Of a stretch of DNA of 47,968 nt, positions 17,440 through 26,140 are shown in pieces. The first letter of the stretch is position 1. Each line of letters starts with the position of its first letter. The DNA comes from a virus. Its lineage: Duplodnaviria > Caudoviricetes. Under the pieces are notes generated by a model that was given only the letters and a program-made list of their open reading frames with translations, made no database searches and was not told where the DNA came from. A program made the translations under genes and the position numbers. Location of the stretch: the IMG/VR virus record IMGVR_UViG_3300009528_000017, positions 1 to 47,968 of that record. One strand, written 5' to 3'.

Positions 17440-17731
17440 AGAACTAACACAAGATGAACAGGCTATGCAGGATGCCCAGGATGCGAGCAAGGTGCAGACT
17501 ACGCTTGCAACGGCTGGCTGGACAGAGATTCTACAGCCTCGGCTTGACCAATACCGAGAAATCTATCTCAAGAATTTATTATCGAAACTACACGGGATGG
17601 ATGAAGTTGTATTTGCTCAGCAGAGCGTGTTGGCGATAGACGACCTATTTGGCTTCATACAGTTTATCGCAGATGAGGGCAAGCAAGCGGTGGACTATTT
17701 CGCTGCAAAAGAAGGGAAATCGCAGCAATGA
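17432..17731 (+). CDS. small helical protein of the type found between portal and scaffold
   Basis: T.GW..IL motif; position in the head module. Confidence 0.6.
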   Translation: MPEELTQDEQAMQDAQDASKVQTTLATAGWTEILQPRLDQYREIYLKNLLSKLHGMDEVVFAQQSVLAIDDLFGFIQFIADEGKQAVDYFAAKEGKSQQ

Positions 17732-17901
17732 CCGTTGAGTGTCAGGATAAATTGGAGCAGTCGCAGAGCCGGCTAATGCAGGCCGTTAGTAAGGTCTTTG
17801 GGCAGAATCCTGAATTTACAGGGCAAATAGAGTTGGAGTTGCACTGCAAAAACGGTATAGTAGTCGATGTCTATGAAATCAGGCGTAGAAGAAAGGTATA
17901 A
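17728..17901 (+). CDS. 57-aa hypothetical protein (not in ORF track)
   Basis: ...FTGQIELELHCKNGIVVDV...; ATGA overlap. Confidence 0.6.
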   Translation: MTVECQDKLEQSQSRLMQAVSKVFGQNPEFTGQIELELHCKNGIVVDVYEIRRRRKV

Positions 17902-17904
17902 ATA

Positions 17905-18093
17905 GTGAGGCTATTGGAACGTTTCATACGAAAACACGGGTATAAAGTAACAATGATTGACCGGCGTCCTTTTGGCGAGGTAACGATGCGCTTTTTTGAA
18001 CCTAAAAATACAATGGGGCGTATTCATTGTAGATGGCAAAGTGCCAAAAGAATCCGTAGATTAAGGAGATTAGAGGAAGAAGAAAAGGTATGA
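17905..18093 (+). CDS. hypothetical protein
   Basis: GTG start, packed ORF. Confidence 0.45.
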   Translation: MRLLERFIRKHGYKVTMIDRRPFGEVTMRFFEPKNTMGRIHCRWQSAKRIRRLRRLEEEEKV

Positions 18094-18239
18094 AACACCT
18101 TGTAGTCAGAGAGCTTTTTGAAGGTAAATGGTTTATTTGTTGGTTGAACCCGTGTACAGACAAGGCAACACTTACTTACAAAAAGACGTTTGGAACAGCC
18201 AAAGAGGCGTATGAGCAGTTGGATGAGTTGAAACAATGA
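18090..18239 (+). CDS. 49-aa hypothetical protein (not in ORF track)
   Basis: MKHLVVRELFEGKWFICW...; ATGA overlaps at both ends. Confidence 0.5.
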   Translation: MKHLVVRELFEGKWFICWLNPCTDKATLTYKKTFGTAKEAYEQLDELKQ

Positions 18240-18520
18240 AAAGACGTAGCTTTGTCCAATATGTTTTGGGGTTGTTGGGGATAGGCGTTACCGGCTTACC
18301 CGCAAAGGCAGATGTGCCAGAAGTAATTATAGCAAACGGCACAGGTGCTATCCAAACTTGGGAATCTAATACGGGCGGAGTGATGGATGTTTCGCCTGAT
18401 TCAGTAGTGAGTTTGGAGAAAATGAACGATAGCATCTTGGTGTTTTGTGAGTGTTCTATTTGGGAGATGAGGCAGGATTCTTGTGGTAATTGGCATAGTA
18501 AACAATTGTCTTATAATTAG
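18236..18520 (+). CDS. hypothetical protein with twin-arginine-like signal peptide
   Basis: MKRRSFVQYVLGLLGIGVTGLPAKA. Confidence 0.6.
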   Translation: MKRRSFVQYVLGLLGIGVTGLPAKADVPEVIIANGTGAIQTWESNTGGVMDVSPDSVVSLEKMNDSILVFCECSIWEMRQDSCGNWHSKQLSYN

Positions 18521-18539
18521 CATAGCTCTTTGCAATAAC

Positions 18540-18642
18540 GAGGTTGCTGTGGGACTTGGGCTGAAGTGCCCTTGTCTAAGCCAAACACAGGTCTGGGGAT
18601 AGGAATGAGTTCCTATTGTTGGTTCAAATCCAACCGGCCTCT
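18540..18642 (+). ncRNA. tRNA-like RNA: acceptor stem and T-arm without canonical D or anticodon arms
   Basis: GAGGTTG/CGGCCTC acceptor stem; GTTGG-TTCAAAT-CCAAC T-arm; two internal hairpins; boxA-like GCTCTTTGCAA just upstream. Confidence 0.6.
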
Positions 18643-18678
18643 TTTGATAATTGAATAAGTTTTACACGATAAGCTGAA

Positions 18679-18730
18679 AGAAGCCCGTGTTAGTTCACTT
18701 TGTTGGTGAATTTTCACGGGCTTTTCTATT
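18679..18730 (+). terminator. long hairpin with T-rich tail
   Basis: AAGCCCGTG (18681-18689) pairs with CACGGGCTT (18715-18723), inner TTCAC/GTGAA stem. Confidence 0.55.
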
Positions 18731-18846
18731 TGTCGCGGCTCTTTGGGGTACTCCCAAACGGGAGTCTCAGGGTGCGGCACAAGGATATTATTGAAACGGC
18801 AATTGTCTGGGGGGACTCAGGCAGCCAAGAAAAAGGAGATGTAAGA

Positions 18847-19617
18847 ATGGCAGACGAAGACAAAGACAAAACCGAAGAAGGCACGGCCGATACGGAGACT
18901 CAAGAGGCTGATTCTACCGCTACTACTGAAACGAAAGATACGGATACTGCCGCCGCCGATGAGGCGAAGGCTATTCGTGATGAACGGGATGCACTTAAAA
19001 AAGAGCTCCAGGACTCTCACGGCGCGAGGAATGACCTTCAAAGCAAGTACGACACGGGTCAACAGGAGTTAGTTAAGACCAAGAAAACTCTTGATGAGCT
19101 TACTCCACTTGTTGATTTCGATGCCGTAGGTGGCGCAGGTGCTCCCGCTGGCGGGGAAGGAGAGCAAACTTTCCTTACCCGTGACGAAGCTAAAGCCCTT
19201 GAAGTCCGCCTTGACCAGAAAATCCGAACCAATGAGTTTATGGCGGACTTTAGGAGCAAGTATCCTGACCTCGGTGACAAGGGGCCGAAAGAGCAGATGG
19301 TTACGTACTTCTTTACGGAGAAAACCCTGCATACTGAGTCCTTTGATAAGAGAGTCGAAAGCGCCGTCAAGGCGGTGCGGACACTTTTGAAGTCCGAGCA
19401 AACTAAGGGTGCGGATGAGGTCAAGGAAACTGCTGACAAAGACAAGAAAGAGACTGAAGCAAAGGCCAAGGCCGCTGCCCAGGCTTCGGGACTGTCTTCT
19501 GCCGGAATAACATCTCCTCAATCGAAGACCGCAGACGAGAACGAAGACGAGAGTCTTTCGGACTACGCTGCGAATCGAAAAGCGAAAACTGAAAAGTTGA
19601 AGTCACCTGGTGGCTAA
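18847..19617 (+). CDS. capsid scaffolding protein
   Basis: Acidic Thr-rich N-terminus, coiled coil, directly before the major capsid gene; AAGGAG precedes ATG 18847, so the track start at 18700 is too early. Confidence 0.8.
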   Translation: MADEDKDKTEEGTADTETQEADSTATTETKDTDTAAADEAKAIRDERDALKKELQDSHGARNDLQSKYDTGQQELVKTKKTLDELTPLVDFDAVGGAGAPAGGEGEQTFLTRDEAKALEVRLDQKIRTNEFMADFRSKYPDLGDKGPKEQMVTYFFTEKTLHTESFDKRVESAVKAVRTLLKSEQTKGADEVKETADKDKKETEAKAKAAAQASGLSSAGITSPQSKTADENEDESLSDYAANRKAKTEKLKSPGG

Positions 19618-19637
19618 TTGATTAAGGAGATAGAACT

Positions 19638-20603
19638 ATGGCACAGCAACTATGGGTTACGAACACTTTGGGAGGCTACATGGGTTGCCCAAAGCTGTCT
19701 CGTGAGTTGCGACATGCTGCCGAGCCGTTGATGCGGTTCAGGCAGTTCTGCCGGATAAAAGAAGAATTCGGCAAAAACAAAAACGACACGATATACTTCG
19801 ATAAAATATCGAAGATTTCAACGGCGGGCGGCACGCTGGTCGAAACTGATACTATGCCGAGACATAACTATACGGTCGTGCGTGGCACGGCAGTAATTAC
19901 TGAATTCGGGAACGCTATTCCGTTTACGGGAAAGTTGGAAGCATTGGCTGAGTTTGACGTTGACAACGCCACTACGAAGGTACTCCGCAATGACGAGGCT
20001 TCTACGCTCGACAACGCGGTAGCCGATGAGTTTCAGACTTCCCTGGCGAAGTACATCTGCGTAAAGACCAACTCGTACAATCTGACAACGCTTGGTACGG
20101 CTGGTGGAACGGCGACTGCTAACTTGAACGACTATCACATCAAGAACATCGTTGACCAACTGAAGAAGTGGGACGTTCAGCCCTATGATAACCAGGGCCA
20201 CTACATCTGCATCGCCAGTGTGGATGCGCTTCGTGGCTTGAGGGATGATACCAACTTCATCAACGCATTGCGATACGGCAAGCCGGAGAACCTCTTTACC
20301 GGCGAGATAGGGATGTACGGAGGCGTTCGATTCATCGAAGAAACGAATGCCCTGTCCAACTCGATTGCCGCGAGCGGTTACGGTGAGGCAGTAGTTTTTG
20401 GTGACGATGCTGTCCTGGAGGCTATCGCCATTCCAGAGGAAGTGCGTTACGACATTCCGAAAGACTTCGGCAGGGACAAGGCCATTGCTTGGTACGGCCT
20501 GCTCGGCTTCCAGATTGTATGGTGCGGCACGGGCTCTGGCGAAGGTGGTGTTTCTACGGCAAAGGGATTCGTACCCCATATTATTCATGTGACGAGCGCT
20601 TAG
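19638..20603 (+). CDS. major capsid protein (N4 gp56-like, HK97 fold)
   Basis: RFRQFC, EFGNAIPFTGKL, LFTGEIGMYGGVRFIEE, DFGRDKAIAWYG; AAGGAG RBS. Confidence 0.9.
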   Translation: MAQQLWVTNTLGGYMGCPKLSRELRHAAEPLMRFRQFCRIKEEFGKNKNDTIYFDKISKISTAGGTLVETDTMPRHNYTVVRGTAVITEFGNAIPFTGKLEALAEFDVDNATTKVLRNDEASTLDNAVADEFQTSLAKYICVKTNSYNLTTLGTAGGTATANLNDYHIKNIVDQLKKWDVQPYDNQGHYICIASVDALRGLRDDTNFINALRYGKPENLFTGEIGMYGGVRFIEETNALSNSIAASGYGEAVVFGDDAVLEAIAIPEEVRYDIPKDFGRDKAIAWYGLLGFQIVWCGTGSGEGGVSTAKGFVPHIIHVTSA

Positions 20604-20632
20604 TCCGAAGGGACAGAAAGGAGATTAAAACT

Positions 20633-21076
20633 ATGACTAGGTATTCAGACCCAAGATACGATATACGACATATACACCAGTTTCCTACAGTGGTTGACTT
20701 TGCGGCTGCGACTGGGATAAATCTCGGCCCCGCGTCGAGAACGAATATGTTTCACGTGCCTTTCAAAGCAAAAGTAGTAAAGTTTGGGATAATCCCAACT
20801 ACTGGGTCGGTAATATTTGCTACCGCCGACCCCGTGTTTTGCTTGAAACTCGAAACAAATTCAACAACTGGTGCAACGCAATTGGCCACATATCGACCGG
20901 GCAAGTATGTAACTGCGGCAACGCTTACTCCCAGAGAGGCGACTGGCTGTGCCCCGGAAACGGCAACTAATATTCCGAAGGGTAGGACGGTTATGCCCTG
21001 CATATTATCTGCTGGCGGCAGTTCTGGTAGCTGCCTGTTCTTTATGGAATACCAGGAAGTGTACGAAACAGCCTAA
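20633..21076 (+). CDS. putative capsid decoration or minor capsid protein
   Basis: 147-aa Thr-rich beta protein right after the capsid gene; AAGGAG precedes ATG 20633. Confidence 0.6.
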   Translation: MTRYSDPRYDIRHIHQFPTVVDFAAATGINLGPASRTNMFHVPFKAKVVKFGIIPTTGSVIFATADPVFCLKLETNSTTGATQLATYRPGKYVTAATLTPREATGCAPETATNIPKGRTVMPCILSAGGSSGSCLFFMEYQEVYETA

Positions 21077-21093
21077 CGGCAAAGGAATTGAAT

Positions 21094-21124
21094 GTGGGGG
21101 GCGCAACCCGCCCCCTACGTTTTC
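21094..21124 (+). terminator. GC-rich hairpin with short T-tract after the capsid genes
   Basis: GTGGGGGGCG-CAACC-CGCCCCCTAC followed by GTTTT. Confidence 0.5.
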
Positions 21125-21130
21125 AGCACA

Positions 21131-22132
21131 ATGAAGATAGTCAAAATTGGTTTTCACTGTTGTATTCGCCTTCAGAAAGAGGCATTTGCTCTTTTAGCCA
21201 AGGGACACGAAGTTCACGTAATTGGTAATTCAATACCATCTGCCGTACAAGAATTTACGACCTTTTCGCAATTTATAACGAGTGACCAGTTGAGAAAGAC
21301 CCTATTACTTCATAAGGACGCGGACATTATTCACGTTCACAATGAGCCATCCTGGCCGGTAATAGTGGCGAAGGAAGTTCTTCCAGATATTCCTGTAGTG
21401 CTGGATGTTCACGATGCGATGATATTTAGAAGTACGGACGTTAAACATAAATCAGCAGAGGAACGGCTTACTTTCGATATGGCCGATGGTATGGTCTTTG
21501 TGAGCGAGAAATGCAGAGAGGTCATCAATCCGAAATCGCCGAGTTGCCTATTATTATCTTACGTGAATGAAATGTTTTATCAGTTCAATGCCTGGCAGTG
21601 GATTGGTGGTTTGGCTTATGAGGGTAGGATAGACACGCCGGAACAAAAAGGATTTATGTTCTATTGTAACTACGTTGATTTGTGCAAGGAACTACGGAAA
21701 GAAGACATCCCGTTTCACATTTACGCACCAGGCGTTCGTGAGAGAAACCTGACCGATTGTTATGAACAAATCTGTAAGCTTCATCCAGCTTTACCTTACG
21801 ACAAATTGATACAAATCTTAGGTTGCCACGACTGGGGTCTCTGTGGCAATATCAAAAAGTACCGCGAGTGGGATTTGGCAATGCCAAACAAGCTCTTTGA
21901 GTATATGGCCGGCGGCATCCCGACAATCGCCCTGAATTGTGGCGAAGTGGCGGATTTCGTTCTAAAACACGGGGTAGGTATCGCCGTTAAGAGCGTTAAG
22001 GAAATAGTGGACAGGTGGGATGAACGGCAGGAGTGCCAGAAGAATGTCTTTTTGAAGCGGTTCGAGTTCACGATGGAGAAGCACATCGGAATTTTAGAGG
22101 ACTTTTATAAGAAGTTGATACGAGGTAAGTAA
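21131..22132 (+). CDS. glycosyltransferase, GT-B fold (GT4-like)
   Basis: DIIHVHN, PVVLDVHD, MPNKLFEYMAGGIP. Confidence 0.9.
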   Translation: MKIVKIGFHCCIRLQKEAFALLAKGHEVHVIGNSIPSAVQEFTTFSQFITSDQLRKTLLLHKDADIIHVHNEPSWPVIVAKEVLPDIPVVLDVHDAMIFRSTDVKHKSAEERLTFDMADGMVFVSEKCREVINPKSPSCLLLSYVNEMFYQFNAWQWIGGLAYEGRIDTPEQKGFMFYCNYVDLCKELRKEDIPFHIYAPGVRERNLTDCYEQICKLHPALPYDKLIQILGCHDWGLCGNIKKYREWDLAMPNKLFEYMAGGIPTIALNCGEVADFVLKHGVGIAVKSVKEIVDRWDERQECQKNVFLKRFEFTMEKHIGILEDFYKKLIRGK

Positions 22133-22133
22133 G

Positions 22134-22364
22134 ATGGATTATGAATTACAAGAACTTATGATGTGGTTGGTCGGTGAGATGGACCAGCGGTCTGGCGAAT
22201 TTTTTTATAGCACTCGAAGTGGTTATTGGTATGCGTCTCTGCCAGTAACAAACCAAGATGAGGACGGCATACAGGAGTATGTTTTGGCTCAATCAACAAA
22301 CCTTAAGACGTGCTTAAGGTGTCTAAGGTCAAAAGTAGAAGCAAGAGTAGAAGTTGTCTGCTGA
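22134..22364 (+). CDS. hypothetical protein
   Basis: GAGGT RBS; packed ORF. Confidence 0.55.
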   Translation: MDYELQELMMWLVGEMDQRSGEFFYSTRSGYWYASLPVTNQDEDGIQEYVLAQSTNLKTCLRCLRSKVEARVEVVC

Positions 22365-22365
22365 T

Positions 22366-23229
22366 ATGAAGCGTTTCGCACTAATAGGCGTTGGTGGGTT
22401 CGTAGCACCGAGGCACTTGGCCGCTATTCGGGACACGGGGAACGTTCTGGTTGCTGCTGTGGACATACACGACTCCGTAGGTATCCTCGACAGCTATTTC
22501 CCTGAAGCGGACTTCTTCACTGAGATTGAGCGGTTTGAGCGGCACTTAGAAAAGCTCCGCAGGGAAGACAAGGGGATTGACTATTTGGTTGTATGCAGCC
22601 CGAACTATTTGCACGATGCGCATATCAGGTGCGGTATGCGTCTTGGCGCGGATGTTATTTGTGAAAAGCCCGTAACGATTAAGCCGCACAACCTTCTGGC
22701 CGTTTCTGATATGGCTAAGAGATTGAATCGCAAGATTTATACGATTATGCAAATGAGATTGCATCCGAACACAGAGCAAATAAAAGCCCATTGGGACGAT
22801 GACCCAGATATAATAGCTGTAAGGATTGAGTATATTGCACCGAGGGGCAAGTGGTACGACTATTCTTGGAAGGGCGACCCTGAAAAGTCTGGGGGTCTGA
22901 TTTACAATCTCGGTATCCATTTTATTGATTTGATGTGCTATTTGTTTGGCGGAGCCTCTATGGCTTGTCAGACAGCCACATTCTATAATCCAAGAAAGGT
23001 CAGTGGTACGATTCGTCTTAAGGCAGCGCAAGCGGATTTCATATTAGCAACTGTCGGAAAGAAACCGAAAAGAATGGTTAGTATTGGCATTAAAGAATAT
23101 GACTTCTCCCAGGGATTCGAGGGTCTTCATACGAAGTGTTACGAATCAATCCTAAGAGGCGACAAGTTGTTTGATATAGATTCGGCCTATCCGGCAATCC
23201 ACATAGCGGACGAATTGAGAAAGGACTAA
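22366..23229 (+). CDS. wbpB: Gfo/Idh/MocA oxidoreductase, WbpB-like UDP-GlcNAcA 3-dehydrogenase
   Basis: FALIGVGGFVAPRH, DSVGILDSYFPEADFFTE, SPNYLHDAHIR, VICEKP, SWKGD..KSGG. Confidence 0.8.
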   Translation: MKRFALIGVGGFVAPRHLAAIRDTGNVLVAAVDIHDSVGILDSYFPEADFFTEIERFERHLEKLRREDKGIDYLVVCSPNYLHDAHIRCGMRLGADVICEKPVTIKPHNLLAVSDMAKRLNRKIYTIMQMRLHPNTEQIKAHWDDDPDIIAVRIEYIAPRGKWYDYSWKGDPEKSGGLIYNLGIHFIDLMCYLFGGASMACQTATFYNPRKVSGTIRLKAAQADFILATVGKKPKRMVSIGIKEYDFSQGFEGLHTKCYESILRGDKLFDIDSAYPAIHIADELRKD

Positions 23230-23233
23230 TTTC

Positions 23234-24139
23234 TTGGAAAAAGTGCTCGTTACTGGCGGTGCAGGCTATAAGGGAGTGAAGGTCGTACAGGCTCTCTTAG
23301 AGAAGGGGTTTCGCGTTACGATACTGGACAATTTTATGTACGGCTGCGATTCTGTTTTGCACTTACTCAAATACGAGAATCTTGACATTGTAAGGGCTGA
23401 TATTCGCAACGATATAGATAACATCGGTTGCTACGACATAATTATCCACTTGGCGGGCATTAGTGGCTATCCTGCCTGCGAGGCGAATGTGAACTCTGCT
23501 CAACTAATCAACGTTGGGGCTACTGGGAGGTTGGTACATTCCTTGAGCAAGAGCCAACTCCTGATTTACGCATCCACGACCTCGTTTTACGGAAACTCAG
23601 GGAAAGTCTGTGATGAAGATACAGTAATTCGCCCCAGTAGTATGTACGGTATTACGAAATACCAGGCAGAGCAGATTGTAGCGGAAAAGGAGAACGCGAT
23701 AAGTTTGCGTTTCGCCACGGTATTTGGTGTTTCCCCCAGAATGCGAACAGATTTAATGGTGAATGATTTTACGTATAGGGCAGTCAGTGAAGGGACTCTT
23801 GTATTATTTGACGGTTACGCCAAGCGCACTTTCATTCACATCGAGGATGCGGCGGTTGCCTATTTATTTGCCATTGAGCATCGGGACGAAATGAAGGGAA
23901 ACATCTATAACGCAGGGGGGAATGAGCTTAACTATTCAAAAACAGAGGTCGCCAGAATCATTCAGAGGAAAGTTGACTTTAGCGTCATTGAGTCTGGCAT
24001 TAAAGGTAGGGATGTTCGCAACTTCATTGTTTTATTCGACAAGATTGAGAAGTTGGGCTTTAGACCTAAAAGGACAATTGAGGAAGGTGTCATAGAGTTG
24101 CTTAGATTATTTCGGTTCTTCGAGCCACATTCGCAATGA
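23234..24139 (+). CDS. NAD-dependent nucleotide-sugar epimerase/dehydratase (extended SDR)
   Basis: VTGGAGYKG, YGITK, LRFATVFG.SPRMR. Confidence 0.9.
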   Translation: MEKVLVTGGAGYKGVKVVQALLEKGFRVTILDNFMYGCDSVLHLLKYENLDIVRADIRNDIDNIGCYDIIIHLAGISGYPACEANVNSAQLINVGATGRLVHSLSKSQLLIYASTTSFYGNSGKVCDEDTVIRPSSMYGITKYQAEQIVAEKENAISLRFATVFGVSPRMRTDLMVNDFTYRAVSEGTLVLFDGYAKRTFIHIEDAAVAYLFAIEHRDEMKGNIYNAGGNELNYSKTEVARIIQRKVDFSVIESGIKGRDVRNFIVLFDKIEKLGFRPKRTIEEGVIELLRLFRFFEPHSQ

Positions 24140-24534
24140 GAACTATAGCTAAAGACGGTAGGACATACGCAATTATTCACCTAACGAGTGAATGGAAGGA
24201 ACGCCTTGACTTTCTTACTCCGCCGAACTGTTTTTGCCAAGTTGGTACATGGCACTATTCTAAAGGAAAAAGGCTTCGGCAACATCGACATATTCACAAT
24301 GAACGGGTTAGTACACTGACGCAAGAATGCGTGGTAGTTATGCAGGGTTCAGTGCAAGTTGATTTTTATGATGATGATAACAAGGTGTTTTGTTCCGAGA
24401 CCCTTAAGCGTGGCGATTTGGCGATTATGCTTTCGGGTGGCCACGGGTACGAAATTCTCGAAGACAATACAAAAATTGTTGAATGCAAAAATGGGCCTTT
24501 TGTATCAGTTGGCAAGGACAAGGAATTGATATGA
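24136..24534 (+). CDS. cupin-fold protein (WbuC or sugar isomerase-like)
   Basis: HRH...TQE...GGHGYE cupin motifs. Confidence 0.75.
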   Translation: MRTIAKDGRTYAIIHLTSEWKERLDFLTPPNCFCQVGTWHYSKGKRLRQHRHIHNERVSTLTQECVVVMQGSVQVDFYDDDNKVFCSETLKRGDLAIMLSGGHGYEILEDNTKIVECKNGPFVSVGKDKELI

Positions 24535-25076
24535 AGTTAGTGCAGTTGAATTTGGGTTGCGGAAAACGGTATATCCCAGGATTTATACATATAGACATAG
24601 GCAACTTTCCGCATATTGACCACCGTGCCTCAATGGACAATCTTGAAATGTTCTCGGATGGCACGGTCGATTTGATTTACTGCTGCCACGCTTTTGAATG
24701 TTTTGACCGCCAAGAAGCCCCGAAGGTGCTGAGGGAGTGGCATCATGTTTTAAAAGACAAGGGGTTGTTGCGTTTGGCAGTACCCGACTTCGATGCGCTA
24801 ATTGCTATTGGCGATTTAGATATAATCCTTGGCCCTCTTTATGGCCGTATGGAAGTTTACACGCCCGAACTAAGAGTTATTTACCATAAGACCGTGTATG
24901 ACTTCGCAGCATTGAAACAAATGTTGGAATCAAGTGGTTTTACGGATGTTCACCGTTACGATTGGCGAGATACGCTACATAGAGACTATGACGATTTCTC
25001 GCAAGCGTACATTCCTCACATGGACAAGGAGAATGGGCGGTTGATTAGCTTGAATGTTGAGGCGATAAAAGGATGA
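24531..25076 (+). CDS. class I SAM-dependent methyltransferase
   Basis: LNLGCG, VDLIYCCHAFE, LRLAVPDF; ATGA overlap gives start 24531. Confidence 0.85.
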   Translation: MKLVQLNLGCGKRYIPGFIHIDIGNFPHIDHRASMDNLEMFSDGTVDLIYCCHAFECFDRQEAPKVLREWHHVLKDKGLLRLAVPDFDALIAIGDLDIILGPLYGRMEVYTPELRVIYHKTVYDFAALKQMLESSGFTDVHRYDWRDTLHRDYDDFSQAYIPHMDKENGRLISLNVEAIKG

Positions 25077-26140
25077 ATTTTATCCATCAAATAGAACCTT
25101 GGATTGACGATAGGGAAGTCGATTCTATGACCGAATATCTACAATCAGGGGCTTGGCTAACCGAATTCAGGAAAACGGCGGCGTTCGAGGTAATAATTGC
25201 CGAATATACCGGCAGTGGATATTGCTCCGTTGTAACGAACGGTACAGCGAGTTTATTCATCTCTTTAGTTGTCGCAGGCGTTGGCTCTGGCGACGAAGTA
25301 TTAGTCCCGAATCTGACTATGATTGCAACGCCAAATGCCGTTAGAATGGCTGGCGGCATACCTGTTTTAGTTGATATAGAACCCGAAACATTATGTATGG
25401 ATTTAGCGTGTGCCCGAAAGGCGGTGACGAAAAGGACAAAGGCGGTTTTGCTTGTCACTTTGAACGGTCGCGCCCCTGATATGAAGGGTTACATAGATTT
25501 TTGTAAAGAGTGTGATTTAGTTTTTCTCGAAGACGCTGCACAAGCGTTAGGTTCTTTTCAAAACAGCAGGCACCTGGGTACTTTCGGCGAGATGGGGTCT
25601 TTTTCCTTTAGCTCACCGAAGATTATCACAACTGGCCAAGGCGGGGCGTTGGTTACCGACAATGACCGTTTTCACGAACAGATTGAAAGAATCAAGGACT
25701 TCGGCAGGGATTCTGGGGGAGCCGACCGCCACGACTCGATAGGTTATAATTTCAAATTTACTGATATACAGGCCATTATAGGCATAGAACAAATGAAAAA
25801 GTTGCCTGGTCGGGTCAACCGGAAAAAGGAAATCTACAAGCTGTACGAAAGAGAATTGGAAGGCATCGTTGAATTCGTCCCTATTTCCGATGAAACTACA
25901 CCGTGGTTTACTGACGTTTACCTGGATAGGCCGGACGAGTTAATGGTGGCTCTTAGGCAGCATTCCATTGGTTCCCGTAGGACCTATCCACCCATCAATC
26001 ACCAGGCGATATACACCAATGGCTCAAGGTATTTGTGTTCGGAAAAGTATTCGTCCCGTGGGTTGTGGTTGCCTTCTTCGGGCTTTCTTAGGGATGACCA
26101 GATAATCCACATTTGCGATTTGATTAAGCAGGAAGTCTAA
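25073..26140 (+). CDS. DegT/DnrJ/EryC1/StrS PLP-dependent sugar aminotransferase
   Basis: TNGTASL, EDAAQALGS, FSFSSPKIITTGQGG, GYNFK, LWLPS. Confidence 0.92.
   Translation: MNFIHQIEPWIDDREVDSMTEYLQSGAWLTEFRKTAAFEVIIAEYTGSGYCSVVTNGTASLFISLVVAGVGSGDEVLVPNLTMIATPNAVRMAGGIPVLVDIEPETLCMDLACARKAVTKRTKAVLLVTLNGRAPDMKGYIDFCKECDLVFLEDAAQALGSFQNSRHLGTFGEMGSFSFSSPKIITTGQGGALVTDNDRFHEQIERIKDFGRDSGGADRHDSIGYNFKFTDIQAIIGIEQMKKLPGRVNRKKEIYKLYERELEGIVEFVPISDETTPWFTDVYLDRPDELMVALRQHSIGSRRTYPPINHQAIYTNGSRYLCSEKYSSRGLWLPSSGFLRDDQIIHICDLIKQEV

Noticed and set aside
18700-18846. N-terminal extension of the scaffold ORF given in the track
   Set aside because: It runs through hairpins; the strong RBS lies before ATG 18847
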